Assembly (NCBI GenBank): GCA_963847185.1
Contig: CAWJYV010000004.1
Span: forward strand, 160,001 to 224,000
From: an uncultured Methanosarcinaceae archaeon
Lineage (GTDB): Archaea > Halobacteriota > Methanosarcinia > Methanosarcinales > Methanosarcinaceae
Direction of reading: 5' to 3'
Length of the DNA stretch: 64,000 nt
Positions 21,187 through 32,099 of this stretch are shown in pieces. The stretch's first letter is position 1. Each line of letters opens with the position of its first letter. The notes beneath the pieces are model-generated. The model was not told the origin of the DNA. It searched no databases and saw only the letters and a list, made by a program, of their open reading frames with translations. The translations under genes and the position numbers were made by a program.

Positions 21187-24003
21187 CTACTTTTCCAGTA
21201 AATTAAATATAATTCTAAATTCTGTCCCTTGCACCCGCCTAAGCTCTATTTTTCCATCCAATTGATCAATAAGAGTACTTACTAACTGCAATCCTAGTGA
21301 TTCAAGCATTCCTAACTCTATATTTTCAGGAATTCCTATTCCGTTATCTAAAATTGTCAGACTGAAAAGGGATGTCTGTGTTTCATAATTCTTTTTTTCT
21401 CTGCAAAGTTTTATTTGGATTTCTCCTCTATCTCTTCCTTGGAATGCATGCTTTAGAGAATTCGAAATAAGTTCGTTAACAATTATTCCTAGTGGGACAG
21501 CGATATCCATATTGAAGAATGCGTTTTCTTCGAGGTCAACGTACAAACAGATATTTTTATTACTTAGGCTATAAGTCTGGAGAAGGTTTTCAGCTAGTTT
21601 TCGAAGATATATCGAAAAATCCAATTTATCGTTTTCTTCTCCTCTATAAAGTTCCTCATGAATAAGAGACATTGAGAGTACACGATTCTGACTTTCTCTG
21701 AAAGCTTCAAGTACTTCTTTGTCGCTGAATTTTTCAGCCTGAAGATCTAGCAGGGAAGAAATTACCTGCAAGTTGTTCTTAATTCTATGATGGATTTCTT
21801 TTTTTCTGGCATCTTCAGCTTTTGCAAGTAATTTTTCTGCTTTGATTATCTGAGTGATATCTCTAACAATAGCTGAGATGGCCACAAGCTTTCCAGATAC
21901 GTCAAAAACCTGAGAAAGAGTTATTGAAACATTAATAATGCTACCGTCTTTTTTCAACCTTAGAGTTCTGTAACGCTGGATTTTTTCATTCTGTTTAAGC
22001 TTTTCAATTAACTGTTTTGTTTCTCCTTTAAGACTACCCGGTTCAAGTATTGACAAATCTTTTCCAAGAATTTCTTCAGCTGAGTAACCATAGATCTGCT
22101 CTGCACCCTTATTCCAGCTGGTAATAATACCTTCCAGAGATTCAGTTATGATAGCATCGTCCGATGATTCCACTGCATTTACCAGTGTTTTTATCTTCTC
22201 TTCAGCTTTTTTACGTTCAGTAATATCCTGCACTATTCCTTTTATTCGAACAGGAATATTTTCATCATTAAATACATATTCTGATTTTAGATGGACTGTG
22301 CGTTCTTCTCCATTAGCTAAAATAATCCTATAATCAATACCAAAGGGCTTATCATTTCCAGCTTTTTTAATGGCATTACAATAGTAATCTTTATCGTCGG
22401 GATGTATATAACTTAAATATTCATTGAAAGATGGTGCTAATTCTTGAGTATTAAGTCCAAAAATACGATACATCTCTTTAGACCAGTATGCCTTATCACT
22501 AGCAATATGCCACTCCCAGTTTCCGATATGAGCCATTTTTTGAGCCTCAGCAAGACTTCCTTCGCTCTCTTTCAATGAATTATAAGCTTCTTCAAGCTCA
22601 ATTGTACGTGCTTTAACCAGTTCTTCTAAGTTATCTAGTGTCTCCTTCAACTTAATGTCCACTTTTTTTCTCTCTGTGATGTCAGTTAGCAAGCTTATAG
22701 ATCCTATAAACTTGCCTTCCGTGTTAAAAAATGCTTTAGCACTTACAAATGTCCATAATGATGCTCCATCTTTACATATCAATCTCAATTCATAGTTCTC
22801 ATTGATACCCTGCAACCTCTTCTTTATATTCTTCTTAAGGACAAGTTTTCCTTCTTCATCAGCAAAGTCCCATACAAATCTGCCAATCATCTCTTCTTGA
22901 GCATATCCCAGCATCTCGGCAATTTTCTTATTTACGTAAGTAATCCGCACTTCTGCATCCACTACGCATATACCTTCATTTACTGTCTCTACAATAGTGC
23001 GGTACTTTTCTTCGCTTTCTTGCAATGCTTCTTCAGCTTTTTTGCGTTCATTAATATCACGGGCTACATGAATACACCCAGTGAGTTTTCCTTCTAAATC
23101 ATGAAGTGGCGAGACGCTTACTATGAAATCACCACCCAAACTGTTCTCTTGAACTTCTTTTGTATGCTCAAGTCCATCATTAAGCAATTGCAGGTGCGGG
23201 CAAAAAGAAGGAGGTTCGTCCGTCCCATGTACAACACGATAACAGGTTAACCCCACACACTCTTCCGGCGTTACTCCTAGCTTTGTTGCCATGGCTTTGT
23301 TTGCACGAATAATTCGATATTCAGTATCAATTATAGTGATCAGGTCTGGAACAGAGTCAAACGTATATTTCCAATTTTTTGTAGCTTGAATAGCTTCTTC
23401 TTCCGCCTTCTTGCGTTTGGAGCTTTCTATTCGTTCCCATTCCCCTTCTTTTTTGATCAAAGTAAATTGATGGTTCAAGACAACATCAATTATCTCGGTT
23501 ACTTTACATTTAGTGAGGGGATAGGTGCATAGAGCTATGATTCGGTAGTTCCCGATCAAATTATCTGTTTTTTCTTTATATTCAATGAAACTATTCCAAT
23601 CTTCATTTCCCAGCCAGGAGGTATTTCCGCTAAGCCTCATGCCATCGTGGCCATTTTTGAAAGCATGATTAAGCTTTTCAACCCAACCATTTAAGATTTT
23701 CTCTGAACTGAAAACTCCTTCAGTAACAAACCAGTCAGTGTAAGAGATAACTTCAATTTGTCCTTTCTCCAGATAAGAATCAAGATCAGGTACAGCTATT
23801 TTCAAAGCTTTTTTTGCATCCTCTATTTCAAGGGGACATGACGTGACCCAGAGGCAGAACTCATTGTTTTCCAACCCTGCTTTGAAGTAAGGAACTAGAA
23901 TATCGGTCAAATCTTCTTTTGTTTCATAGAATTGGCAGATGTGCGTTCCCCAGGGTACACCTCCAATAATGTCGATACCAAACTTTCGCAATTTTTCTTC
24001 CAT
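21187..24003 (-). CDS. MEDS + multi-PAS sensor histidine kinase (HisKA_2)
   Basis: PWGTHICQFY...GLENNEFCLW (MEDS), four PAS, EIHHRIKNNLQ, DNGIG. Confidence 0.92.
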   Translation of the reverse strand: MEEKLRKFGIDIIGGVPWGTHICQFYETKEDLTDILVPYFKAGLENNEFCLWVTSCPLEIEDAKKALKIAVPDLDSYLEKGQIEVISYTDWFVTEGVFSSEKILNGWVEKLNHAFKNGHDGMRLSGNTSWLGNEDWNSFIEYKEKTDNLIGNYRIIALCTYPLTKCKVTEIIDVVLNHQFTLIKKEGEWERIESSKRKKAEEEAIQATKNWKYTFDSVPDLITIIDTEYRIIRANKAMATKLGVTPEECVGLTCYRVVHGTDEPPSFCPHLQLLNDGLEHTKEVQENSLGGDFIVSVSPLHDLEGKLTGCIHVARDINERKKAEEALQESEEKYRTIVETVNEGICVVDAEVRITYVNKKIAEMLGYAQEEMIGRFVWDFADEEGKLVLKKNIKKRLQGINENYELRLICKDGASLWTFVSAKAFFNTEGKFIGSISLLTDITERKKVDIKLKETLDNLEELVKARTIELEEAYNSLKESEGSLAEAQKMAHIGNWEWHIASDKAYWSKEMYRIFGLNTQELAPSFNEYLSYIHPDDKDYYCNAIKKAGNDKPFGIDYRIILANGEERTVHLKSEYVFNDENIPVRIKGIVQDITERKKAEEKIKTLVNAVESSDDAIITESLEGIITSWNKGAEQIYGYSAEEILGKDLSILEPGSLKGETKQLIEKLKQNEKIQRYRTLRLKKDGSIINVSITLSQVFDVSGKLVAISAIVRDITQIIKAEKLLAKAEDARKKEIHHRIKNNLQVISSLLDLQAEKFSDKEVLEAFRESQNRVLSMSLIHEELYRGEENDKLDFSIYLRKLAENLLQTYSLSNKNICLYVDLEENAFFNMDIAVPLGIIVNELISNSLKHAFQGRDRGEIQIKLCREKKNYETQTSLFSLTILDNGIGIPENIELGMLESLGLQLVSTLIDQLDGKIELRRVQGTEFRIIFNLLEK

Positions 24004-24116
24004 TCCACATTTACTCCAGGCTTGGATATAAAGGCAAAATTTTTTCCTCTAGGGATTGAGTCCTATGATCATTAAAAATTATTTCCCACTTCGAATATTC
24101 TGACTCAAATATTTTA

Positions 24117-24230
24117 GGACTTACGCGGTTGAACTGAATAATCAACAGCCTCAAACCTTCAACTGTCTAATGCATCGATTTGGTAGTAATGTCTATTGAT
24201 TTTGATTTTGAACCTCAAATGCGTAAGTCC
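24117..24230. mobile_element. 114-bp MITE (GGACTTACGC termini), copy 1
   Basis: GGACTTACGC / GCGTAAGTCC, flanked by TA; inverted copy at 26956-27069. Confidence 0.8.
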
Positions 24231-24939
24231 TATATTTACAAAAAAATTCTCTTAAAAGAACATGCGCCTTAAATAATTATTAACGTTGAAACGCCTACCA
24301 CAATACGGATAACTAAAAATAATATTCTTTATATAAAGAATATATAACTCAATATGTCCATCATCTATGTGCTCTTTACTTATAAGAATTATAGTTACCT
24401 ATAGGAATATAATTGATAGGAAATATATTTCAACAAGCCTATGAAGGAAAAATGCAAAATTGTCTCAAAATTATGGTGCAGATGCTCAAAGCAAAAAATT
24501 CTGGTTACAAGCTAATTTTAAGCTCAAAAACGATTATCCAACCTTCGAATTTTTAATAATCAACCAGGCTTTCTGAAAATTGGTCTGCTTATTTAAACAT
24601 ATATTTCTGAGTATCTCAAATATTTCGATCATGTGCCTTTATCGAAAGTTTTTAACCTCTAACGGAGAATTCAGTTGAGATAATCATTTCAAGTTATTGA
24701 GCAAATATCAAAAGATACTTAGCAAGAAAAATGTTATTTTTGTTATCAAACAACGGGAAAAAAGGAGAAAAATATATCCTTTAAAAGCTTCCTTTTGAAA
24801 AGATTAATTGAATCAGATAAGATTCCCTGTTATTTGAAATGGAAAAAGTCCGTTAGTGCCATTGGGACAATATATGTAAACACTCTGGAAATGGCAGGAA
24901 AAATATGGAAAAGATGGTGTAAACAACTTAAATGGAGTT

Positions 24940-25284
24940 ATGTATAAAATAGGTATTAGTCAATCAACAGAGATTCTGGAGATGCTGGATTTGAAACGAG
25001 ATTCGGAAGGTTGTGCTTATGCACTGCTGGTGATGCACCGAATTTTCGGGATCAAAAGCAAAATAATACAGAATAACAACAATAAAATAATTATTCATGC
25101 CAGGAAGTGCTGTTGGGCAGGACAGATAAAAGGATGGAATGGCAGAACCTGTTTGTCCATGGACAACTACGAAGCCGGGTTGATTGAAAGTATATTGCCA
25201 GCTTCGAGACATGTATACACTAAAAGAAGAAGTTGTGGTGAGAATGTCTGTGAACTTGTTATAAACTTTAGCGAAGGTAATTGA
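24940..25284 (+). CDS. hypothetical V4R/DUF6125-like Cys-containing protein, 5' part probably frameshifted
   Basis: KCCW...TC...RSCGENVCE Cys pattern; broken coding-like sequence upstream from about 24796. Confidence 0.45.
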   Translation: MYKIGISQSTEILEMLDLKRDSEGCAYALLVMHRIFGIKSKIIQNNNNKIIIHARKCCWAGQIKGWNGRTCLSMDNYEAGLIESILPASRHVYTKRRSCGENVCELVINFSEGN

Positions 25285-25599
25285 TTTTTTTCGTTGCCAT
25301 ATTCGTATTCTCTTCAAATTATACTTTTTAAATCATAGCAAAAATATAATAGTTATTTCACTTCACCTTAATCTCTAAACTTTTCTCTGTTTACATGCGG
25401 ATTTAATGCTTGACTTTGATATACACTCATCATCGTTTCAAAAGTCCTTTGGATTCCATATCTGTTCAGATTGATGTCAACAATTCTGATGTATTATCGC
25501 AAACATTGTGCTTCAATGCAAAGTATATTGAGCCATTTTTCAGAATGAGCTATTGAGTTTCTTACAAGAGAATAAATTCTTCTGCCAACTATTCTTGCT

Positions 25600-25996
25600 C
25601 AGTCCGAGTGATATCAACATTGCTTTCCAGAGTATAGCTTCAATCACCTGCATATTCTTCGTTTCAAGAACTTTCAGAGCGTATTTACTTTTCAACTCCT
25701 TAAACAGCAGTTCTATGTCCCACCTTGCTCTATATAATTTTGCAATGTTTTGCATTCAAAACATCTTTCTGAATGTTTGTGATATATTTGTGGTGCTTTT
25801 CGTCTCGTACTATAATACCAGTTTCTTAATACCAGTTTCTTTAGCGTTTTGCCTTTGCCCTTCTTCGGGAAACATTTCCCGAAGATAGTCTTCAAAAGTA
25901 GGTGGGGGACGAGGAGACATAGATACAAAGAGATTTGGTCATTATTATAAAAACATATGCAATAGATGGAATTTAATGATTAACCGATGATGAATG
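25600..25996 (-). mobile_element. IS4-family (ISH8-like) transposase remnant with one terminus
   Basis: LYRARWDIELLFKELKS (YREK motif); terminus CATTCATCATCGGTTAA on the minus strand at 25980-25996. Confidence 0.75.
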
Positions 25997-26393
25997 AAGC
26001 ATCATTAAGCCCAAAAAAGCTGTAAATAAAAAATAGTTTCCAATTTCATACACTATATACCAAAAGGATTTCATCTTATAAACAATTTATACGCCCGGCG
26101 ATATAGACTGATAACTCTTCCTTCCTATGCTCTAATTCATCTATATTATTTTTCATGCTGTCAGCCGTACAATCTAAAAAGAACTGGAAAACCGTGATTT
26201 TTGCAGATTTAAACGGAATATTCAAGTTCAAAATTATAACTTAATATTTTATATAAAGTAGACATTATTATATAGGATGGGAAACTATTAGGATTTAGAA
26301 TCTTTGTTCTCTTTTAAGATTCATGTTTGGGATATTTCTAGAGAAAGGTTCTTGAAATAAATTATTATTGGAGTTATTTGGGGGGGAATCAGT

Positions 26394-26621
26394 ATTAAAA
26401 GAAGGAGTAGGACTGATATAGCCGTAGATATTTTAAGAGTAGCAATGAATGGAGCAAAGAAAACTCATATTGTATATGAGGTAAATCTAAACTTTAATAT
26501 TGCCCAAAAATATCTGGAAATGTTGAACGAAAAAGAACTCATCAGGCAAGAAAAAGGGCTTTTCATTACCACTGAGAAGGGAAAGTTTTTCCAGGAAATG
26601 GCTAAACAAATAAAGCTTTAA
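26394..26621 (+). CDS. winged-helix transcriptional regulator lacking a canonical start (ATT in frame)
   Basis: IKRRSRTDIAVDILRVAMNGAKKTHIVYEVNLNFNIAQKYLEML...TTEKG; G7 tract upstream. Confidence 0.75.
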   Translation: MKRRSRTDIAVDILRVAMNGAKKTHIVYEVNLNFNIAQKYLEMLNEKELIRQEKGLFITTEKGKFFQEMAKQIKL

Positions 26622-26675
26622 CTTACTTTCTTATTTTTAAATTTTTATAATTATACTTTTTGTAATTTTTTGTAT

Positions 26676-26809
26676 GTAATGTATCTAAAGTTCTGTAAAA
26701 TCACAAATCTCAAGAAGTTACTGGGACGAAAATACTGTTTCAGAAAAATCTAATTTCATATTGTGAGAAAAAATTGACTTCAAACTTACAGCAAATTTGC
26801 GACACTGCC
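26676..26809. mobile_element. degenerate copy of the MITE at 1129-1263
   Basis: Shares CTGTAAAATCACAAAT...AAAATTGACTTCAAA..TACAGCAAATT.GC.ACACTGCC. Confidence 0.7.
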
Positions 26810-26955
26810 ATATTCGCAATGATACTTTTTCTCAGAAGGTATATGGCACTATCTACAAATTTTAGACTATTTGATTTAAGATTTTTACCTTTTTAGATCT
26901 TTTTTGTGTTTCAGAGTTTTACTCCATCTATAAAAAAAATCTACTATCAGGTATA

Positions 26956-27069
26956 GGACTTACGCAGTTGAGGTTCAAAATCAAGGCCAATAGACATTAC
27001 TGCCAAATCTATGATTTAGACAGTTGAAGGTTCAACGCCTTTGATTATTCAGTTCAACTGCGTAAGTCC
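26956..27069. mobile_element. 114-bp MITE (GGACTTACGC termini), copy 2, inverted relative to copy 1
   Basis: GGACTTACGCAGTTGA / TCAACTGCGTAAGTCC. Confidence 0.8.
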
Positions 27070-27282
27070 GAAGGTAATCATATCAAGTTCGGAAATGATT
27101 TTTGAATAATATGTATTGAATAATATGTGCTATGCATGTAGTTTAAATTAATCCGATATGAACCTTACTTCCATTAAGCAAACAAAATATATTTTTTCCT
27201 GCCGACAATAATTCCAATAAATAAAAGTATTAGATTAAATAATGAGATATTTATTTATACTTAGATGCTCTAATTATATATT

Positions 27283-27367
27283 TGACGATGTTCGAGCATT
27301 TATCCCCTCGATTCGTCATTACACCATAAAGCTGTCGGGGTATTCATTTCCCCGACACACATTTTTA
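27283..27367 (+). ncRNA. candidate two-hairpin small RNA
   Basis: TATA-like box at about 27250; stems GACGA..TCGAG/CTCGA..TCGTC and TGTCGGGG/CCCCGACA followed by T6. Confidence 0.4.
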
Positions 27368-27636
27368 CAGTTCAGATTTTCTGCTTAAAGAATCTTCCTA
27401 ATATTTAGAAGCCATTTTATATCCGCACTATAAAGCGAGACCGTGCTTCTTGTTTTATCGCTATTTATATCGGCAGAATCCACCAAAACGTATTCACAAT
27501 CTATTTTTTCTGATTAGATCGAATATATAACATATATTAACAATGTCTACTATTAATCGCACAAGAAGTGCAATGTTCACTTCCGTAAACCCATAAAATC
27601 AAAACCCAGGCATACCTCATAGCCTGGGTTTAATTT

Positions 27637-27767
27637 CATTTGGATTCGGTTAAGGAACAAAAAGTCAAAAAATGCTATTTTTTATGCAATATCTAAGAGA
27701 ATTCTCTTTGAAAATCACTATACGTGGTATTCGAAGTTGTATAAAATTCGTTAACCGAATCCAAATG
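27637..27767. mobile_element. 131-bp IS4/ISH8-type MITE with 10-bp target duplication
   Basis: Perfect 17-bp TIR CATTTGGATTCGGTTAA; GGTTTAATTT at 27627-27636 and 27768-27777. Confidence 0.85.
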
Positions 27768-28180
27768 GGTTTAATTTAACTTCATTGATCATCGGTTAAG
27801 GATTTCTTTCCTTCTCCTGTTATTCTTTTTTGAATCCACCCTTGATTTCTTATTCAAACTATTCTTTTGTAGATTTAAAAAGAGTATTTTTCAGCGGTGA
27901 TAAGTTTTGCTTTATCGGATAATTAGCTGGAATTAGAATTTCAGGCATTTTTATCTACTCCAAACCCTGATCACAAAGTATTCTCTCATTTAAGAGAATG
28001 TATGCTTTATTTTCACAGAAAACATTTATATATATTAAATGCTAAGTGTATGCGTATTGAAAATAAAGAGACGTATAATCATCTGTTATTAAAAACCAAG
28101 TTTTGTTTTTAATCAAAGAGTTCTATACAATCTTATTTTTAAACAATTAACTAAAAAATCAAAACCAAGGTGAAACAAAA

Positions 28181-28369
28181 ATGGCTTTTAATGACAGAAA
28201 CTTCAGAGGAAACTCTAATTTCGGCGCTCCCAGAGAAATGCACACTACAACCTGTTCTGACTGTAATGTTGAGACGCAAGTACCTTTCAAACCCGATCCG
28301 GAAAGACCGGTTTACTGCAGAGAGTGTCTTCCTAACCACAGGACACCCAGAGAAAACCGCAGATACTAA
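28181..28369 (+). CDS. CxxC-x17-CxxC zinc-ribbon small protein, copy 1
   Basis: CSDC-x17-CREC with VPFKP...RPVYC; AGGTGA RBS. Confidence 0.9.
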   Translation: MAFNDRNFRGNSNFGAPREMHTTTCSDCNVETQVPFKPDPERPVYCRECLPNHRTPRENRRY

Positions 28370-28607
28370 GTGTTATTTGTGTAATTGAGTTTACATCAAC
28401 ACTTATTTCTTTTTCACTTTTTTAAATACATCTTAGGCTCAGAATATACTTTTTTCTTAATCTAGAGCTCTTGCAGAATTAGAAGGAGCGCTTTGCAGAG
28501 TCTTTTTGATCGAAGTACTTCTTTTTGGTGGAATCTATTTAAATTTATCATACGTTAAACTCTTTTACCTATAGAAATTTAAGCAAAAAATCTTATACTC
28601 GAGATCT

Positions 28608-28824
28608 GTGAAGTTCAAAATTATCCTTGAGGAAGACTGGGAAGCCGGGGGATTTGTTGCCAGTTGTCCAGGCGTACCGGGCGCTTTTCTCAGGGCGACA
28701 CAGTAGAAGAAGCTGTTGAGACTTTAAAGAAATAATTCAGGCTTGCTTAGAATCACTGGCAGAAGATGAACTGCAGGAATGCATTGGGAAATCCTACTGC
28801 AGAGTGGTTGATGTGGTTGCTTGA
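28608..28824 (+). pseudogene. HicB-like antitoxin, frameshifted
   Basis: VKFKIILEEDWEAGGFVASCPGVPGA / SQGDTVEEAV in shifting frames. Confidence 0.75.
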
Positions 28825-29044
28825 ATGTCGGGACTTCCTATTATTTCAGGGATGCAGACAATTAAAGCCTTTTCGAAAGCTGGCTTTCTCACCGGCAGGT
28901 GGACGATCACGTTGTACTTAGAAAGGAAGGTTCGAAAGTTACGTTGACCGTTCCGAAGCACAAAGAACTGAAACCGGGTCTTTTAAGAAATTTAATAAAT
29001 TTTCAGGACTTGCGGTAGAAAAATTCGAAGCTCTTTTGAAATAA
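28825..29044 (+). pseudogene. HicA-like toxin, frameshifted
   Basis: MSGLPIISG..IKAFSKAG / HVVLRKEG..LTVPKHKELKPGLLRNLI. Confidence 0.75.
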
Positions 29045-29261
29045 GTTTTTTGGGTTTGGCCATTCATTTTATCGAGAAAACTTCATTTATTAAGGTATTT
29101 TTCTAAATTCGTTCTAACTAGATTCTAATGTATATTTCCTGTCAACGGACTGGCCTAAATACCGGAAATTTGCGAACTTTCGCAGCTTCAGGAGAGAATT
29201 CGAAGAACCGATTAATTTTCACAATTTGCAGATCTTTCTAGAAAAGACTTTCTTGTTCTAA

Positions 29262-29849
29262 TTAATTTCTTGTAGCCGATAAAAGGTAGGCTTTTCTGCT
29301 ACTCGGACTGAGTAACGAATCGAAAACCGCGTCTTTTATATAGATTATATTGAAAAGAGGCGAAAAAGTACTCTCTATATCAGCTTTTGAGACCCTTCTT
29401 GGCAGCTCGTATTCTCCCGGTTCCTTATCGGAGAAACACAGCATGAAATATTTGCCGCCTTCCTTGAGTACCCTGTGTACCTGTCGAGCAAAGACTGGCC
29501 TCTCCTCGTCCGTCATAACGTGAAACAAGCCGGAATCAATGATAATATCGAATTCTCCCTCCTTGAAAAGCTGATCCATCTGCAGTACATTTCCTACGGC
29601 AAAATTTACCTTAATATGACGCTCTATGGCCTTTGCCTTTGCCTCGGAGACAGCCTCTTTAGCAAGGTCTATACCCGTGACTTCACAGCCACTCATAGCT
29701 AGCATTATAGCATTCTCACCCCGGCCACACCCTATATCCAGAGCTCGGCCAGGCTTGATCTCTCCACTTTGTATAAGAGCCTGAAAAGCGGGCTGGGGGT
29801 AACCAAGATCCCACGGTGGCGTACCCTTATATACTTCATCCCAGAACAA
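29262..29849 (-). CDS. class I SAM-dependent methyltransferase
   Basis: PPWDLG.PQP, ALDIGCGRG, DSGLFH; GGAGG RBS. Confidence 0.9.
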   Translation of the reverse strand: MFWDEVYKGTPPWDLGYPQPAFQALIQSGEIKPGRALDIGCGRGENAIMLAMSGCEVTGIDLAKEAVSEAKAKAIERHIKVNFAVGNVLQMDQLFKEGEFDIIIDSGLFHVMTDEERPVFARQVHRVLKEGGKYFMLCFSDKEPGEYELPRRVSKADIESTFSPLFNIIYIKDAVFDSLLSPSSRKAYLLSATRN

Positions 29850-30574
29850 TTTTCTCCTCCTCGCAGCTAAAAATATTAAGTTACAATTTGATATATGGTT
29901 AACGATAAACTTTATTTTAATAACTTTCTGGGCGACCTTTTTTGGAACTTCTAATTATTTTTGACAAAAACTTTGAAACACCGACCGGTTTTTTTAAATA
30001 AAAACCGGATTAATGCATGTGAAAAAGGTTATTTTTTCCCTAATTTGCGGATCTTTGTAGATTTGGAAGAAGTACTTCACAGGACCTATCTTTTAGACCA
30101 AAGTGATTCTTTTCCGTTGAGGAACGTTTTAGAATTATGGTGAAATGTCAAAACTGGACTGATGAATACTAACGAAAATCTCCCCCTATAAATTTCAGTT
30201 AAAATATATTTTTTCCTACTCTCGGCTCGCCCGAATCTAAAGAGAACTAACAAATCCGTGGTATTTGCAGATTTGGAAAGAGCGCTTTTCAGGGTCGATA
30301 AGTTTTGCTTTATCGGATAATCAGCCAGAATTGGAATTTCAGGCGTCTTTGTCGTTCCATATACCTACCTCATAAAGTTTTTCCTCATTTAGAAGGTGCA
30401 CTTCTATAATTATAGGAAGATTTATATATTTTAATTGCTATGTATGTGTGTTGATAAATAAAGATCCGTATAATCATCTGTTATTAAAAACCAAGTTTTG
30501 TTTTTAATCAAAGGGTTCTATACAATCTTGTTTTTGAACTATCAACTATCCGCTAAAGCGGAGGTGAAACGAAA

Positions 30575-30757
30575 ATGGCTTTTAATGACAGAAATTTCAG
30601 GGGAAATTCCGGAGGCTTCCGCGGTAACAGCGGTCCAAGGGAAATGACAAAAGTGACCTGTTCTGACTGCGGTGTTGAGACCGAAGTACCTTTCAAACCC
30701 ACCGAAGGCAGGCCAGTATACTGCAGAGAATGTCTTCCTAACCACAGGAAATTCTAA
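30575..30757 (+). CDS. CxxC-x17-CxxC zinc-ribbon small protein, copy 2 (most divergent)
   Basis: CSDC...VPFKPTEGRPVYCREC. Confidence 0.9.
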   Translation: MAFNDRNFRGNSGGFRGNSGPREMTKVTCSDCGVETEVPFKPTEGRPVYCRECLPNHRKF

Positions 30758-30973
30758 AGATAATATGCGTCAGACGTTAATTTTGCATTAAACTTACATT
30801 ACGCCTGACTCACTTTTTTGTTTTTTTGCTTATTCTCTTTGTTTCTTTATTTGTTTCCACCTCATGCGGCAGAGAAAGTAAGAACAAACCGGCATTAATA
30901 ATGAGAATCTGTGTGAATTATTCAATACTAAACTTCTAAAAAATAAAACAAAATCTATTAAGGAGGAATTAAC

Positions 30974-31327
30974 CTGGCTAATTACAGAAGCACCATTAGA
31001 AAAAGAAGAGTAGGATCTACAAAACCAGTAAACTCAGGAGATACTTCTGAAGTATCCAGAGTAAGAATTCCCCGCAAGGACAAAAATGAAGTCCTGGCAA
31101 CGGTTGCAAGTTTACTCGGCTCGAAAAGAGTAACACTTCAGTGTATGGACGGGGTTGTCCGAATGGGCCGAATTCCAGGCTCTAAAAAGAAGAGAATGTG
31201 GATCCGTGAAGGCGATGTTGTCATAGCCAATCCATGGGAAATCCAGGACTCTAAAGCCGAAATAAACTGGAAATACACAGGGCCTCAGGTAGAATGGCTT
31301 GAGCGAAAAGGCTACATTAAGTACTGA
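30974..31327 (+). CDS. eif1A: translation initiation factor aIF-1A, apparent CTG start
   Basis: [29 protein letters not shown]-fold motifs; open frame extends 57 codons upstream of ATG 31145 to a CTG 7 nt after AGGAGG. Confidence 0.9.
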   Translation: MANYRSTIRKRRVGSTKPVNSGDTSEVSRVRIPRKDKNEVLATVASLLGSKRVTLQCMDGVVRMGRIPGSKKKRMWIREGDVVIANPWEIQDSKAEINWKYTGPQVEWLERKGYIKY

Positions 31328-32099
31328 TTTAAGATATCAGAATAAAGATACCTGATAGAGGTATCTGAAATGAAGGTGTCTGAAAAGATGCCCTGAAATC
31401 TACATTCTACTTTTCTACAGAGCGTGTCTATATTGATGCGGGTAAGATCCTGCAATACAGCAGTTTATAGCAGCTTACTAATATATCCCACAAGAATAGC
31501 GGCTTACTAATATCTTACAGGGATTTATAATTATTAAAGAAAGATACTAAATTTCTTCTATTCTCTCTTATTTCTACTTTAATATAGAGCCTATCCCAAA
31601 ACTACTTTTTATATCCAAATTCATAAGAATTTCAGAATACTTTCCCGATTAGCACTCGGTTAATCATTTAAAAATCGAAATTCTAAGAGATGATTTTTGA
31701 GTTTTAGGACCAACTCTATAATTTCCTGCCGGCGATCTACCCTAATCTTCCTCGAATCCTTTTGTAGAATAGGTAAATCGAAAATCTATGATGTTTTGCT
31801 GCTTGAGAAAAGGGTATTTTGCGGAGCCGATCAGTTTTATTATTTTCCGATAAATTTCCCTTGGGATTATCTTTAAGAACAACAATGGATTTTTTGCATA
31901 CCTTCTATATATTTACCATTAGATTACTATTGGAAAGAACAAAAATGATAAGGAGCATCAATTAACTTCCAGATCATTAAAACGATTGGTCTAAGCTTTC
32001 TAATAACAAAAGTTTCATCATGGCCGACAACATATTTTTTACATAACAAAATACGTTTACAAATTATTCCTGTGATTAAAGTAACCTTATGCAAAAAAT

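Noticed and set aside
28170-28388. MKQ.WLLMTETSEE ORFs overlapping each micro-gene
   Set aside because: Alternate frame starting at the GTG within the AGGTGA RBS; repeated only because the DNA is duplicated, and not listed for the divergent copy 2.
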